From contig JBGANV010000001.1 in NCBI GenBank assembly GCA_044222185.1, positions 1,216,001 through 1,280,000 on the forward strand: a DNA stretch of 64,000 nt, written 5' to 3'. This stretch comes from Planctomycetota bacterium. Its GTDB lineage: Bacteria > Planctomycetota > GCA-002687715 > CAIWVZ01. Shown piece by piece: positions 56,501-64,000 of the stretch. A program made the translations under genes and the position numbers. The notes beneath the pieces were generated by a model. That model worked only from the letters and a program-made list of their open reading frames with translations, made no database searches and was not told the DNA's origin. Positions within the stretch are counted from its first letter, which is position 1, and every line of letters starts with the position of its first letter.

Positions 56501-56744
56501 CGAGCAGACTTGGGTCGATGGTCGGCCGTATTTCACGCTCGAACGCGACGCAGCGATGAGGAAGACGATCGCGGATGAGCGCACCAGACTGGTGCAGAAG
56601 ATCCTCGCGAGCGCCAAGGACGGCCCCGGGGACGCACCGCCCGACGGAGGCCCACCCGGCGGGCCCGGGGGCCGACGTCGACGACCGACCGATCACGACG
56701 TTCGCGGGGATTGCGGGTGCTCGGAGGTGGACGCCCATGAATGA
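53538..56744 (+). CDS. Double-domain amidohydrolase family protein, exported
   Basis: First domain 'IYPGLIESY' (no HxH); second domain 'PGLIDCHSH', 'KFALGENP', 'HCHSYRQDE', 'SFNSD', 'GSLEAGKDADLVIW'. Confidence 0.9.
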   Translation: MKFRNLRTLTFVALAAWSALGQGDLPARLPPENGPQSMEVGWHVLRGGTVHLDSERTIEKGVVEIRDGRIVRVGPASEPVAGIGAREWDTTGHHIYPGLIESYIEVDAPAPDAQSGGVHWSAKVTPQRSALDGKGLDAKTADALRRLGFCAAAISPKGGVFRGRAAVVSTEDPTPEPSRAGPAVLKEDVYQSVGMSVSFSFGDPPATPGTAPRTEAWPAYPSSLMGTIAVIRQTLLDADWAARVGKAIGPNADVGALGHLDGARPILFDVADEQDVLRAGKLAAEFHRTGIVLGTGREFRRLSAIAKSRLPIIVPLDFPDRPKVSSVSDGEAVDLREMMSWEQSPTNLRRLVAAGVQVAITSSKLRDRSKFRENLRLAIRNGLSESTALRLLTVVPATILGIERVGTLDPGNRANVLVTDGPLFGKDAKIRDVWIDGRRHEITPPKEEVPRGDWSVTIAGPKVPSLELGVQPENKLGLRSGDQKSQAKDVRLDQGRLEFVAELPGVAGALASFSAVLDGDRLVGTVRLADGSLSPWSASRIAGSETRAAESREAESRTSSRRSNESGPSTRAASRPSSKPDDDAPVTDVPETFGHPFGPYAHADLPLRRYSVLLSGATVWTSGPQGVIENGFVLLESSRIKYVGARRPTDLPAVTVEIDCRGKHVTPGLIDCHSHTGIARGVNEGGEAVSAEVRVEDVTDADAISWYRQLAGGITTVNSLHGSANAIGGQNCINKNRWGAIRADDLHFRGAPPGIKFALGENPRGANSPPERQGNPRYPQTRLGVEALIRDRLTAGRDYAAAFERWRAAGRPAASEPRRDLELDAMAEILAGTRLVHCHSYRQDEILMLCRLSQEFGFKLGTFQHVLEGYKVADAIKETSRGGSTFSDWWGYKLEVQDAIPENGAIMHEVGVTVSFNSDSDELARRMNLEAAKAVRYGHVTPEEALKFVTINPARQLAIDATVGSLEAGKDADLVIWSGHPLSVSTKAEQTWVDGRPYFTLERDAAMRKTIADERTRLVQKILASAKDGPGDAPPDGGPPGGPGGRRRRPTDHDVRGDCGCSEVDAHE

Positions 56745-58068
56745 TCGCACCAGAGTCGCGCTCGTCGTCACGCTCGTGCTCGCGTCTGCGGGCAGCGCCC
56801 AGGACCTGGGAGTGAAGGCCGCGGCCCAGAGAGCCCCGGTCGTGCTCACCCATGCAATGATTCACCCGGTCACAGGCCCCGTCATCGAAGATGGAGCGCT
56901 GCGTTTCGAGTCCGGAAAGATCACCGCCGTCGGCAAGGTGGAGCCGTCGGCCAAGGACACCGTGATCGACGTCCGCGGCCACCACGTCTACCCCGGACTG
57001 ATCGCCTGCTGGACACGCCTCGGGCTCACGGAGTTCGACGAGGTCCGCCAGTCCATCGATCATTCGGAGACCGGTGAGTACACGCCCGAGGTGAAGGCCG
57101 CAGTCGGCGTCAACGCCGACTCGACCCTCTTCCCCGTGACGCGCTCGAACGGCGTTCTGCTTGCAGGAGTCGTGCCCGGCGGCGGAACCATCGCCGGCCG
57201 CATGAGCGTCCTGCAGCTCGAGGGCTGGACGTGGGAGGAGATGACCGTGCTCGACGTGGGCGGACTCGTGGTGAACTGGCCCGCGGCGCGGCGCTCACCG
57301 TTCGGCTTTGGGGCCACCGGTGCGGATGCAGACTCGGCACGCGAGTCGAATGCCGCGATCACCAGACTCGACGCCTACTTCTCCGCTGCGAGGGCGTACG
57401 CGTTCTCACGCGCGGTCGATCCGTCCACGCCGTCGAACATCCGATACGACGCCATGGCGGCGGTCTGGGCGTCGAAGTTCTCGGCCGCGCGCCCCGTGTT
57501 CATCACCGCGGAGACGCTGGCGCAGATCGAGGCGGCCGTCGCGTTCGGAGCGCGCCACTCGCTCTCCGTCGTGATCGTCGGCGGCCGCGACGCGCCGTTG
57601 TGCGCCGAGCTGCTGCGCGCCCGCAAGGTCCCCGTCGTCGTTCCGGGCACCCACCGCCTTCCCCGCCGCGGGGACTCGCCCTACGACGAATCCTTCACTC
57701 TCCCGGCGCGGCTCGAGGCCGCGGGAATCACGTGGTGCCTCGCCAGCGGCGAGGAGACGCCCCACGAGCGCAACCTCCCCTTCAACGCCGGAATGGCCAC
57801 GGCTCACGGGCTGTCACGCGAGGCGGCCCTTCGTGCGATCACGCTCGCACCGGCACAGGTGCTGGGCATCTCGGATGGGTTCGGCTCCATCGAGGTCGGC
57901 AAGTCCGCGACGATCTTCATGACGGATGGCGATCCGCTGGAGATCATGACGCAGACGAAGCGCGCGTGGATCGCGGGCCGGGAGATCGACCTCGCCAACA
58001 AGCAGACCCACCTCGCGGAGAAATACCGGACGAGATACCGGCAGCGCGCCCTGCTCTCCGACAAGTGA
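56737..58068 (+). CDS. Amidohydrolase family protein (partner subunit, lacks HxH)
   Basis: 'VYPGLIACWTRLG', 'AITLAPAQVLG', 'GSIEVGKSAT'. Overlaps the upstream stop. Confidence 0.88.
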   Translation: MNDRTRVALVVTLVLASAGSAQDLGVKAAAQRAPVVLTHAMIHPVTGPVIEDGALRFESGKITAVGKVEPSAKDTVIDVRGHHVYPGLIACWTRLGLTEFDEVRQSIDHSETGEYTPEVKAAVGVNADSTLFPVTRSNGVLLAGVVPGGGTIAGRMSVLQLEGWTWEEMTVLDVGGLVVNWPAARRSPFGFGATGADADSARESNAAITRLDAYFSAARAYAFSRAVDPSTPSNIRYDAMAAVWASKFSAARPVFITAETLAQIEAAVAFGARHSLSVVIVGGRDAPLCAELLRARKVPVVVPGTHRLPRRGDSPYDESFTLPARLEAAGITWCLASGEETPHERNLPFNAGMATAHGLSREAALRAITLAPAQVLGISDGFGSIEVGKSATIFMTDGDPLEIMTQTKRAWIAGREIDLANKQTHLAEKYRTRYRQRALLSDK

Positions 58069-58078
58069 CGGTCACACC

Positions 58079-61000
58079 ATGACGGACCAGACGTTGGGCG
58101 GAGCGGCGCCAGATCCATCGGCACGACCATGGGACACCGGAATGGAGACGGTCCGGCGTTGCTGGCAGGAGACCGTCCTCGCCGGTGCCGACTGGCGCTC
58201 TCAGGCCGTCGAGGCCTCCTACGGGAGGAGGCCGCCTGACGCCGCCACGGCCATCGAGCTCGCCACGCTACGGCTGTCGACGAATCCCCCACCCAGCGAC
58301 GTGCCCGCGACGCCTGCCGCCGCCGGCTACGACTTGCTGGAGGAGATCGGGCGCGGCGGCATGGGCGTCGTCTATCGTGGACGGCAGCGCAACCTCGACC
58401 GCGACGTCGCCGTCAAGACCATCTCCCCGAAGCTCGGCGACCGGATGGTCGCGCACTTCGTGACCGAGGCGCGAGTCACGGGCTCCCTCTCGCACCCGAA
58501 CATCCTGCCCGTCTACGATCTCGGCGTCGGAGACGACGGCAAGCCGTTCCTCGCCATGAAGCTCGTCGGTGGCCGGCCCTGGAGCGCCCTCCTCCACCCG
58601 AAGACGGAGAGCGACGAGGCTGCCGCGCTGGCACTCGACTTCCCCGCGCACCTGGGAATCCTCATCGCCGTGTGCAACGCCGTCGCCTACGCGCACCAAA
58701 GCGGCGTGATCCATCGCGATCTGAAGCCGAGCAACGTGATGGTCGGCGAGTTCGGCGAGGTCCTGCTCATGGATTGGGGCCTCGCGCTGAAGCTGGACTC
58801 GCGGTCGCAGGCACATGCGGAATCAGGTCCCGTGGGAACGCCCGTGTACATGTCGCCGGAACTCGCCGTGGGTGACGTCCCGGGGCATGGGCCGTGGACC
58901 GACATCTACCTTCTCGGCGGCATCCTCCACGAGATCATCTCGGGGCGTCCGCCCCACGGTCATTCGACGCTCCCCGAAGTGATCGACGCGGCGATCCGCA
59001 GTTCGCCGCCATCGTTCACCGACGAGACTCCCCTCGAGCTCCAGCAGATCTGCAGCCGCGCCATGGCCCGCGATCCGCGCGAGCGACACCCGTCGGCCAT
59101 CGCGTTCCGGGACGCGCTCACGGCATTCCTGCGGCATCGGGAAAGCATCGCCATCTCGGACTCTGCACGAGGCCGCCTGCAACGGTCCCGCTCGAAGGCG
59201 GAGTCCGACGAAGCGGTCCGTCACGAGGGATTCAGCAGGGCCGTCGCCGGGTTCGAGCAGGCCCTGGTGCTGTGGCCTCAAAACCCGGAGGCGATCTCGG
59301 GCCTCGCTGCGGCGCGCCTCGACTGGGCAGGCGCGGCCTTGGCCGCTGGTGATCTCGCGCTCGCCGAAGCGCAGCTGCGCTCTCTCGCCGTCGATGACGA
59401 GCGCGTCGCCACGACGACTCGCGCCGTCGCCGTCGCGCGCGACCGGCGCTTGCGAGCGACCGAACATGCGAGGCGCACGAAGATCGCGCTGATCGCCGCC
59501 GGCCTCCTGCTGTTCGCGAGCGTTGCCACGGGATTGATCGTCGTCTCGATCGAGCAGGGACACACACGGCGCGCACTCGAAGGCGAGAGCGCCGCCCGCG
59601 GCCGCGCCGAGCAACGGGCTGTGGACATCCGCAAGCTCACGCAGTCGCTCGTGTACGAGGTCCACGACGCCGTGGAGAAGCTCCCCGGAGCGACGCCCGT
59701 GCGCGCCACGCTGGCGGCGCGGGCCGTCGAGGTACTGGACAAGCTCGCTGCGGAATCGACGGACGACCCAACGCTCATCGCAGAATTGTCGGCGGCCTAC
59801 GAGCGCGTGGCGGCCGTGCAGGGGCACAGCCTCACGGGGCATCTGGGTCAGGCTTCGGAAGCGCTGAAGACGTTCGAGAAGGCCCTCGCCTTGCGGACGC
59901 GCGCCGCAACGCTCGCGCCGGCGAACGAGGACAACCAACGGGCCGTCGCAATCGTGAATCGACTGATCGGCGAAGCCCTCGTCCGCCTCGACCGCATGCG
60001 CGAGGCCCACGAGCACTACGAGGCCGCGCAGAAGCTCATCGCGGCAGTCGAGGCACGGAACCCCGATCACCCGCTCGTGCTCCGCGATCGAGCGGGCATT
60101 CTCGAGCGCCGGGCCGACCTCGCGAAGGCCGAAGGGCGAATCGTGGAAGCGCTCGAGATCCAGCGCGAATGCACGCGCATCGCCAACCGCATCCTCCAAC
60201 TGAAACCCGGTGATCCGGAGGCGAAGGCCGACCTGACGGGTTCGCTGCTCGGCGAAGCGCAGCTCCTGTGGCTCACGGGACGGGCCGGCGAATCGATCGA
60301 CGTCGCACGCCGCACCGTCGCGATGCAGCAGGAACTCCTCGCGGCCGCACCCAACGACGCCGAACGGCGCCGAAGCCTCACCATCAGCCTGGAGGCACTC
60401 GCCGAGGGGCTCGTGAGTCAGGGCCAGATGGACGAAGCCATCAAGATCGACCGCAACGTCGTCACGGCTCGGCGCAAACTGTCGACGGACGACCCGGCGA
60501 ACGTGCAAGCACGGTCGGATCTCGGAAGCGCTCTCTTCCATCTGGGCGACGCGTTGATGAAGGTCAGCGAATTCAACGAGGCGATGGCTGCCTACAAGGA
60601 ATGGCAGGTCGTCGCCAAGGAATGCGCCGCGCTCGACCCCGGGGATTCCCAGTTCCAACGGGACGTGGTCCTCTCCGACCTCTTCGCGGCCCAGGCGCAG
60701 CTTGCCCTCGGCGACCCGGCCGGCGCGAATGCCGTGCTCGGGCGCGCACTCGAGAACGCCGAGAAGCGGACTGCGGCCGAACCCAAGAACGCGAATTCCG
60801 CGCTGGATGCGGTTCAGATCCGGATCCGTCGCGCGGAGGCCTTCACCGCACTCGGGGACGATTCGTCGGCGGTCGCCGAGCTCGAGCGAGGCCTGGGCTA
60901 CTTCCTGCCGTTCGGGGACCTCGGCGGAAACTTCGCCGCGCTGCGTCGCACGCGAGCACACCTGCTCGAGCGCTACGGCGACCTGCTCCAGACCGCCGGC

Positions 61001-61939
61001 GACCTCGACGGTGCGCAGGCCCGATTCGCCGAGGCGATGAACACCGCCCTTGCGGCGACGATGCGTGACGGCACGAACGTGGAAGCCATCCGGGACGCCG
61101 CCGTGCTCGCCACGAAGCTCGGCGGAGTGCTCGAAGGCCTCGGGCGACTCCCCGAAGCCGGCCAGAGATTCCGCGAGGCTCTCACGAGCATGGAGCGCGC
61201 GATCGCCGCGTCGGGGAACACGCTCTATTACCGGGACGTCGGCACGATCCGCCACCTCCTCGGGTCCGTGTGCCAGAGCCAGAAGCAGTTCGACTCGGCC
61301 CGCGAATCGTTCGATGCGTCGATCGCGGCCTTCGGCAAGGCGCCGACGACCGACGTGCTCACCCTCCGAGAGCTCGCGCTCGCCCACGAGAAGCGCGCCG
61401 GACTGAGGCAGGCGCTGGACGAGGATCCGCTGCCGGACCTGGAAGCCGCGAGCGCATCCATGGCACGCGCCCAAAAGCTCGTGCCCGACAACCAGGACGT
61501 CGCACTCGAAGCCGCGCGGTACCTGGGGCGGCGTGCCGAGATCGTTCTCGCGCGCGGCGACGCCCGGTCCGCCGAGTCCCTGCAACGTCTCGCGCACGAG
61601 ATGCTGGAGTCCTTCGCCGGAACACCCGGAGCGACGGCGTCGTTGCTGAATGCGCTCGCCTGGATGCTCTTGACGGACAAACCCGACTCGGTCCGCAACG
61701 CGGCCCGCGCCCTCGAGCTCGCGCTCCTCGCCGTTCGCGCGACGGAGGGAAGACACGCGGGCATTCTCGACACGCTCGCGCTCGCCTATTTCGAGAACGG
61801 GCAGCGGCGGCTTGCGATCGAAACCGAGCGGAAGGCGCTGGCTCTCCTCGCGGACACGCCGAGCAACGCTGCGACACGCGCCGAGTTCCAGGCGAATCTG
61901 GACCGCTTCCAGGCGCCGGCTGCAGAGTCACGCCCGTGA
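58079..61939 (+). CDS. Ser/Thr protein kinase with TM and extracytoplasmic TPR repeats
   Basis: 'IGRGGMGVVY', 'VAVK', 'HRDLKPSN', 'DWGLA', 'GTPVYMSPE', TM, TPRs, 'LNALAW..LDTLALAY'. Confidence 0.93.
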   Translation: MTDQTLGGAAPDPSARPWDTGMETVRRCWQETVLAGADWRSQAVEASYGRRPPDAATAIELATLRLSTNPPPSDVPATPAAAGYDLLEEIGRGGMGVVYRGRQRNLDRDVAVKTISPKLGDRMVAHFVTEARVTGSLSHPNILPVYDLGVGDDGKPFLAMKLVGGRPWSALLHPKTESDEAAALALDFPAHLGILIAVCNAVAYAHQSGVIHRDLKPSNVMVGEFGEVLLMDWGLALKLDSRSQAHAESGPVGTPVYMSPELAVGDVPGHGPWTDIYLLGGILHEIISGRPPHGHSTLPEVIDAAIRSSPPSFTDETPLELQQICSRAMARDPRERHPSAIAFRDALTAFLRHRESIAISDSARGRLQRSRSKAESDEAVRHEGFSRAVAGFEQALVLWPQNPEAISGLAAARLDWAGAALAAGDLALAEAQLRSLAVDDERVATTTRAVAVARDRRLRATEHARRTKIALIAAGLLLFASVATGLIVVSIEQGHTRRALEGESAARGRAEQRAVDIRKLTQSLVYEVHDAVEKLPGATPVRATLAARAVEVLDKLAAESTDDPTLIAELSAAYERVAAVQGHSLTGHLGQASEALKTFEKALALRTRAATLAPANEDNQRAVAIVNRLIGEALVRLDRMREAHEHYEAAQKLIAAVEARNPDHPLVLRDRAGILERRADLAKAEGRIVEALEIQRECTRIANRILQLKPGDPEAKADLTGSLLGEAQLLWLTGRAGESIDVARRTVAMQQELLAAAPNDAERRRSLTISLEALAEGLVSQGQMDEAIKIDRNVVTARRKLSTDDPANVQARSDLGSALFHLGDALMKVSEFNEAMAAYKEWQVVAKECAALDPGDSQFQRDVVLSDLFAAQAQLALGDPAGANAVLGRALENAEKRTAAEPKNANSALDAVQIRIRRAEAFTALGDDSSAVAELERGLGYFLPFGDLGGNFAALRRTRAHLLERYGDLLQTAGDLDGAQARFAEAMNTALAATMRDGTNVEAIRDAAVLATKLGGVLEGLGRLPEAGQRFREALTSMERAIAASGNTLYYRDVGTIRHLLGSVCQSQKQFDSARESFDASIAAFGKAPTTDVLTLRELALAHEKRAGLRQALDEDPLPDLEAASASMARAQKLVPDNQDVALEAARYLGRRAEIVLARGDARSAESLQRLAHEMLESFAGTPGATASLLNALAWMLLTDKPDSVRNAARALELALLAVRATEGRHAGILDTLALAYFENGQRRLAIETERKALALLADTPSNAATRAEFQANLDRFQAPAAESRP

Positions 61940-63088
61940 CGAGCGGCCATCCCGGGAGACGCGCTCGAGCACCCGCGCGACCTTGCGCGCCACCGCATCG
62001 CGGCTGAAGCGCGACGCCGCGTCGGGCACGAGGAACCTCGTGGGGTCCTCGATCGCGTCCGCCAGCACGCGCGCGAGCGCGACCGGGTCTCCCGGTGGAA
62101 CGAGCGCCGGGCCTGTGAGTACGTCCGGCAGGCCGCCGGTTTCGGATCCCACGATCGCGCTCCCGCAGCATGCCGCTTCGAGTGCGACGACCGGCACGCC
62201 CTCCGTCCGCCCGCCCGCCAGCTCGCGGCTCGGGACCGCGACGACTGATGCCGACTGAAACAGGCATGACAGCTTGGTGGGTCCGAGGCGTCCTGGCAAC
62301 TGGAGGTTCACTCCGAGCTCCCGCGCGAGCCGGGCGAGCGCCGGTCGCTCCGGACCGTCCCCGGCGATCACGAGATCTGCGTCCAACGCCGCGCTCGCTC
62401 GCACGAGCACGTCGAAGCCCTTGATGGCGACGAGGCGGCCAGCAGCCACGATGCGCCGCGCGGCGCGCGGTGTTTTCGCGGACGGGCGGAAGCACTCGGT
62501 GTCGATTCCCATCGGCGTGCGGACGATGAGGTCAGGCGCGACGCCCAGCATTTCGCCGAGTGCGCAGCCAGATGCCGTGGTCGCCACCACGGCGCTCAAC
62601 TTTCGAACGAGCGGTCGCCGCAGCGCGAGTCCCAAGAGCCCGCGCGAGAGCCAATGCACGTCGCCTCCGTGCGCGACACCGACGACGGGAATCCCCGTGC
62701 GCGCGCGCACCGCCCAAGTCCCTGCGGGCGCCAACCAATGGGCCAGGATCACGTCGCAGCCCTCGGCTTCGCGACGGATCGTCCTGATTGCAGCGACGCC
62801 AAGTCGCGCGAGCGCCCGCCACGCGGCCAGTCGGCCCAGTCGCGCGGCGTTCGCCTCCATGCCGTCGCCGTACACGAGATCGTGATCGGCGCCGACCGTC
62901 GACCGGAAGCGCGCCACGGGCCCCGCCGCGGAGTCAGGAGTTCGCTCCGCCAGCCCTGACGCATGAGGGGCGAGAGTCTTCACGGCGAGGCCTGCATTCT
63001 GCAAGCCGACGTTCAGGTCGCGTACGAAGCGTCCCGCATGATCGTCTGCGTCGCGCGGATACGACGACGTGACGACGAGGACGTTCAC
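61928..63088 (-). CDS. Glycosyltransferase family 4
   Basis: 'VLVVTSSYPR', 'AHWLAP', 'HGGD', 'GRLVAIKG', 'EGVPVVALEA'. GTG overlaps the upstream TGA. Confidence 0.9.
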   Translation of the reverse strand: MNVLVVTSSYPRDADDHAGRFVRDLNVGLQNAGLAVKTLAPHASGLAERTPDSAAGPVARFRSTVGADHDLVYGDGMEANAARLGRLAAWRALARLGVAAIRTIRREAEGCDVILAHWLAPAGTWAVRARTGIPVVGVAHGGDVHWLSRGLLGLALRRPLVRKLSAVVATTASGCALGEMLGVAPDLIVRTPMGIDTECFRPSAKTPRAARRIVAAGRLVAIKGFDVLVRASAALDADLVIAGDGPERPALARLARELGVNLQLPGRLGPTKLSCLFQSASVVAVPSRELAGGRTEGVPVVALEAACCGSAIVGSETGGLPDVLTGPALVPPGDPVALARVLADAIEDPTRFLVPDAASRFSRDAVARKVARVLERVSRDGRSSRA

Positions 63089-63894
63089 ACCGGTCTCGCG
63101 ACCGATCCGGTCGTCGGGGCCTTCGTCGCGACCGGGTCGGACGCGGCGCTCGAGCCGCGGTCGCCTCGCGCGCGCCGCGCACGCCGGATCTCGCGCCATC
63201 CGCGCCACAGGATTCCCGCGATGCGGGGAACGACGACGAACGGGTCGATCCCCGAAACCTCGTCCCCGTAGATCGCGCGGACGGGAACGTCCACGACCCT
63301 GACGCGGCGCACGGCGAACTTGACCAGCATGTCGTTCGGAAACCCGTAGCGCGGATAGAGCGTCGACAGGTCGATGGCCTGCAACGCGCTGCGGGTCGCC
63401 ACGGTGTACCCACATTGGCTGTCGCCGATCGACCGAAGACCCGTCGCGAGGCGCGTCAGCCAGGAGAGGAGCCGGTTGCCGACGATCCGAAGGAACGGCA
63501 TGGATCCGTAGCCGTCCGCGTGGAGGAAGCGATTGCCCTTGGCGTAGCCGGCGGTGGAACCGAGGGCTCCGACGAGACGGGCCAGGTCGCCAGGGTCCAT
63601 CTGCGCGTCTCCGGCCATGACGGCGCACGCATCGGAGGACGCGCCCCCGTGAGCGAGGAACGCCCTGTAACCGTCGACGATGGCCGCACCCACGCCCCCG
63701 TTCGCCGTGCGGCGGACGAGATCGATGCGGGAATCCCTGAACTCCTGCACGACCTGGGAGGTGCGGTCAGGTGACGCGTCGTCGACGACGACCACACGAT
63801 CCACGAATGGCGGGATCGACGCGAGCGTTCGCCCGATGAGCCGCTCCTCCTCGAACGCGGGGATCACGACCCAGATCGCACGGCCCTCAAGCAT
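63085..63894 (-). CDS. Glycosyltransferase family 2
   Basis: 'VVIPAFEEE', 'VVDDASPD', 'NGGVGAAI', 'MAGDAQMDP', 'KGNRF', 'DSQCGY', 'RYGFPNDML'. Confidence 0.92.
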   Translation of the reverse strand: MLEGRAIWVVIPAFEEERLIGRTLASIPPFVDRVVVVDDASPDRTSQVVQEFRDSRIDLVRRTANGGVGAAIVDGYRAFLAHGGASSDACAVMAGDAQMDPGDLARLVGALGSTAGYAKGNRFLHADGYGSMPFLRIVGNRLLSWLTRLATGLRSIGDSQCGYTVATRSALQAIDLSTLYPRYGFPNDMLVKFAVRRVRVVDVPVRAIYGDEVSGIDPFVVVPRIAGILWRGWREIRRARRARGDRGSSAASDPVATKAPTTGSVARPV

Positions 63895-64000
63895 GGCGCT
63901 TCTTCCCGAGCACGCGTGCGAAGCGCGCCCGGTCCTCCGGGCCGAAAACCCCGATGACGAAGAGCAGGACGATGAACACGGCGACGCCACAGGAGAACCC
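63887..64000 (-). CDS. C-terminal fragment of a membrane protein (possibly a polysaccharide flippase), truncated by the window edge
   Basis: Open frame GFSCGVAVFIVLLFVIGVFGPEDRARFARVLGKKRHA* overlapping the GT2 start. Confidence 0.5.
   Translation of the reverse strand, partial: GFSCGVAVFIVLLFVIGVFGPEDRARFARVLGKKRHA

Noticed and set aside
58823-61756. 977-aa minus-strand ORF
   Set aside because: Antisense shadow of the kinase.

Overview
High-GC, gene-dense chromosomal window, most likely from a Planctomycetota genome. That assignment is an inference from the DWGLA-type Ser/Thr kinase with TPRs, the membrane-fused ECF sigma factor, the prenyltransferase-repeat/ExbBD locus and the secreted proteins sharing a C-terminal domain; it resembles OM190-like lineages. 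From left to right: (1) a glycosylation cluster (two YfhO/GT-C proteins, GT2, sugar nucleotidyltransferase, a third GT-C, FAD oxidoreductase, HAD); (2) an RNase HII-like gene, tRNA-Thr(CGT) and two damaged genes just after it; (3) DUF1624, a HEAT/pseudo-receiver protein, anmK and an NtrC/NtrX-type activator; (4) a 9-gene cluster with ExbB, two ExbD, TPR proteins and a TonB/TolA-like anchored alpha/alpha-barrel protein; (5) a Gly-rich Ig lipoprotein behind a sigma54 site; (6) a peptidase/amidohydrolase region (S9, two M14, TldD/PmbA); (7) a 10+10 repeat protein that probably forms one giant beta-hairpin; (8) a kinase and two glycosyltransferases. The best candidates for new biology are the Agl-Glt-like ExbBD motor cluster (24.4-35.6 kb), the symmetric repeat protein (51.1-52.2 kb), a shared C-terminal domain on secreted proteins, and a candidate sRNA at 5.6-5.8 kb. 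No CRISPR array, rRNA, integrase or transposase was seen. All product calls come from reading motifs by eye, not from database searches.
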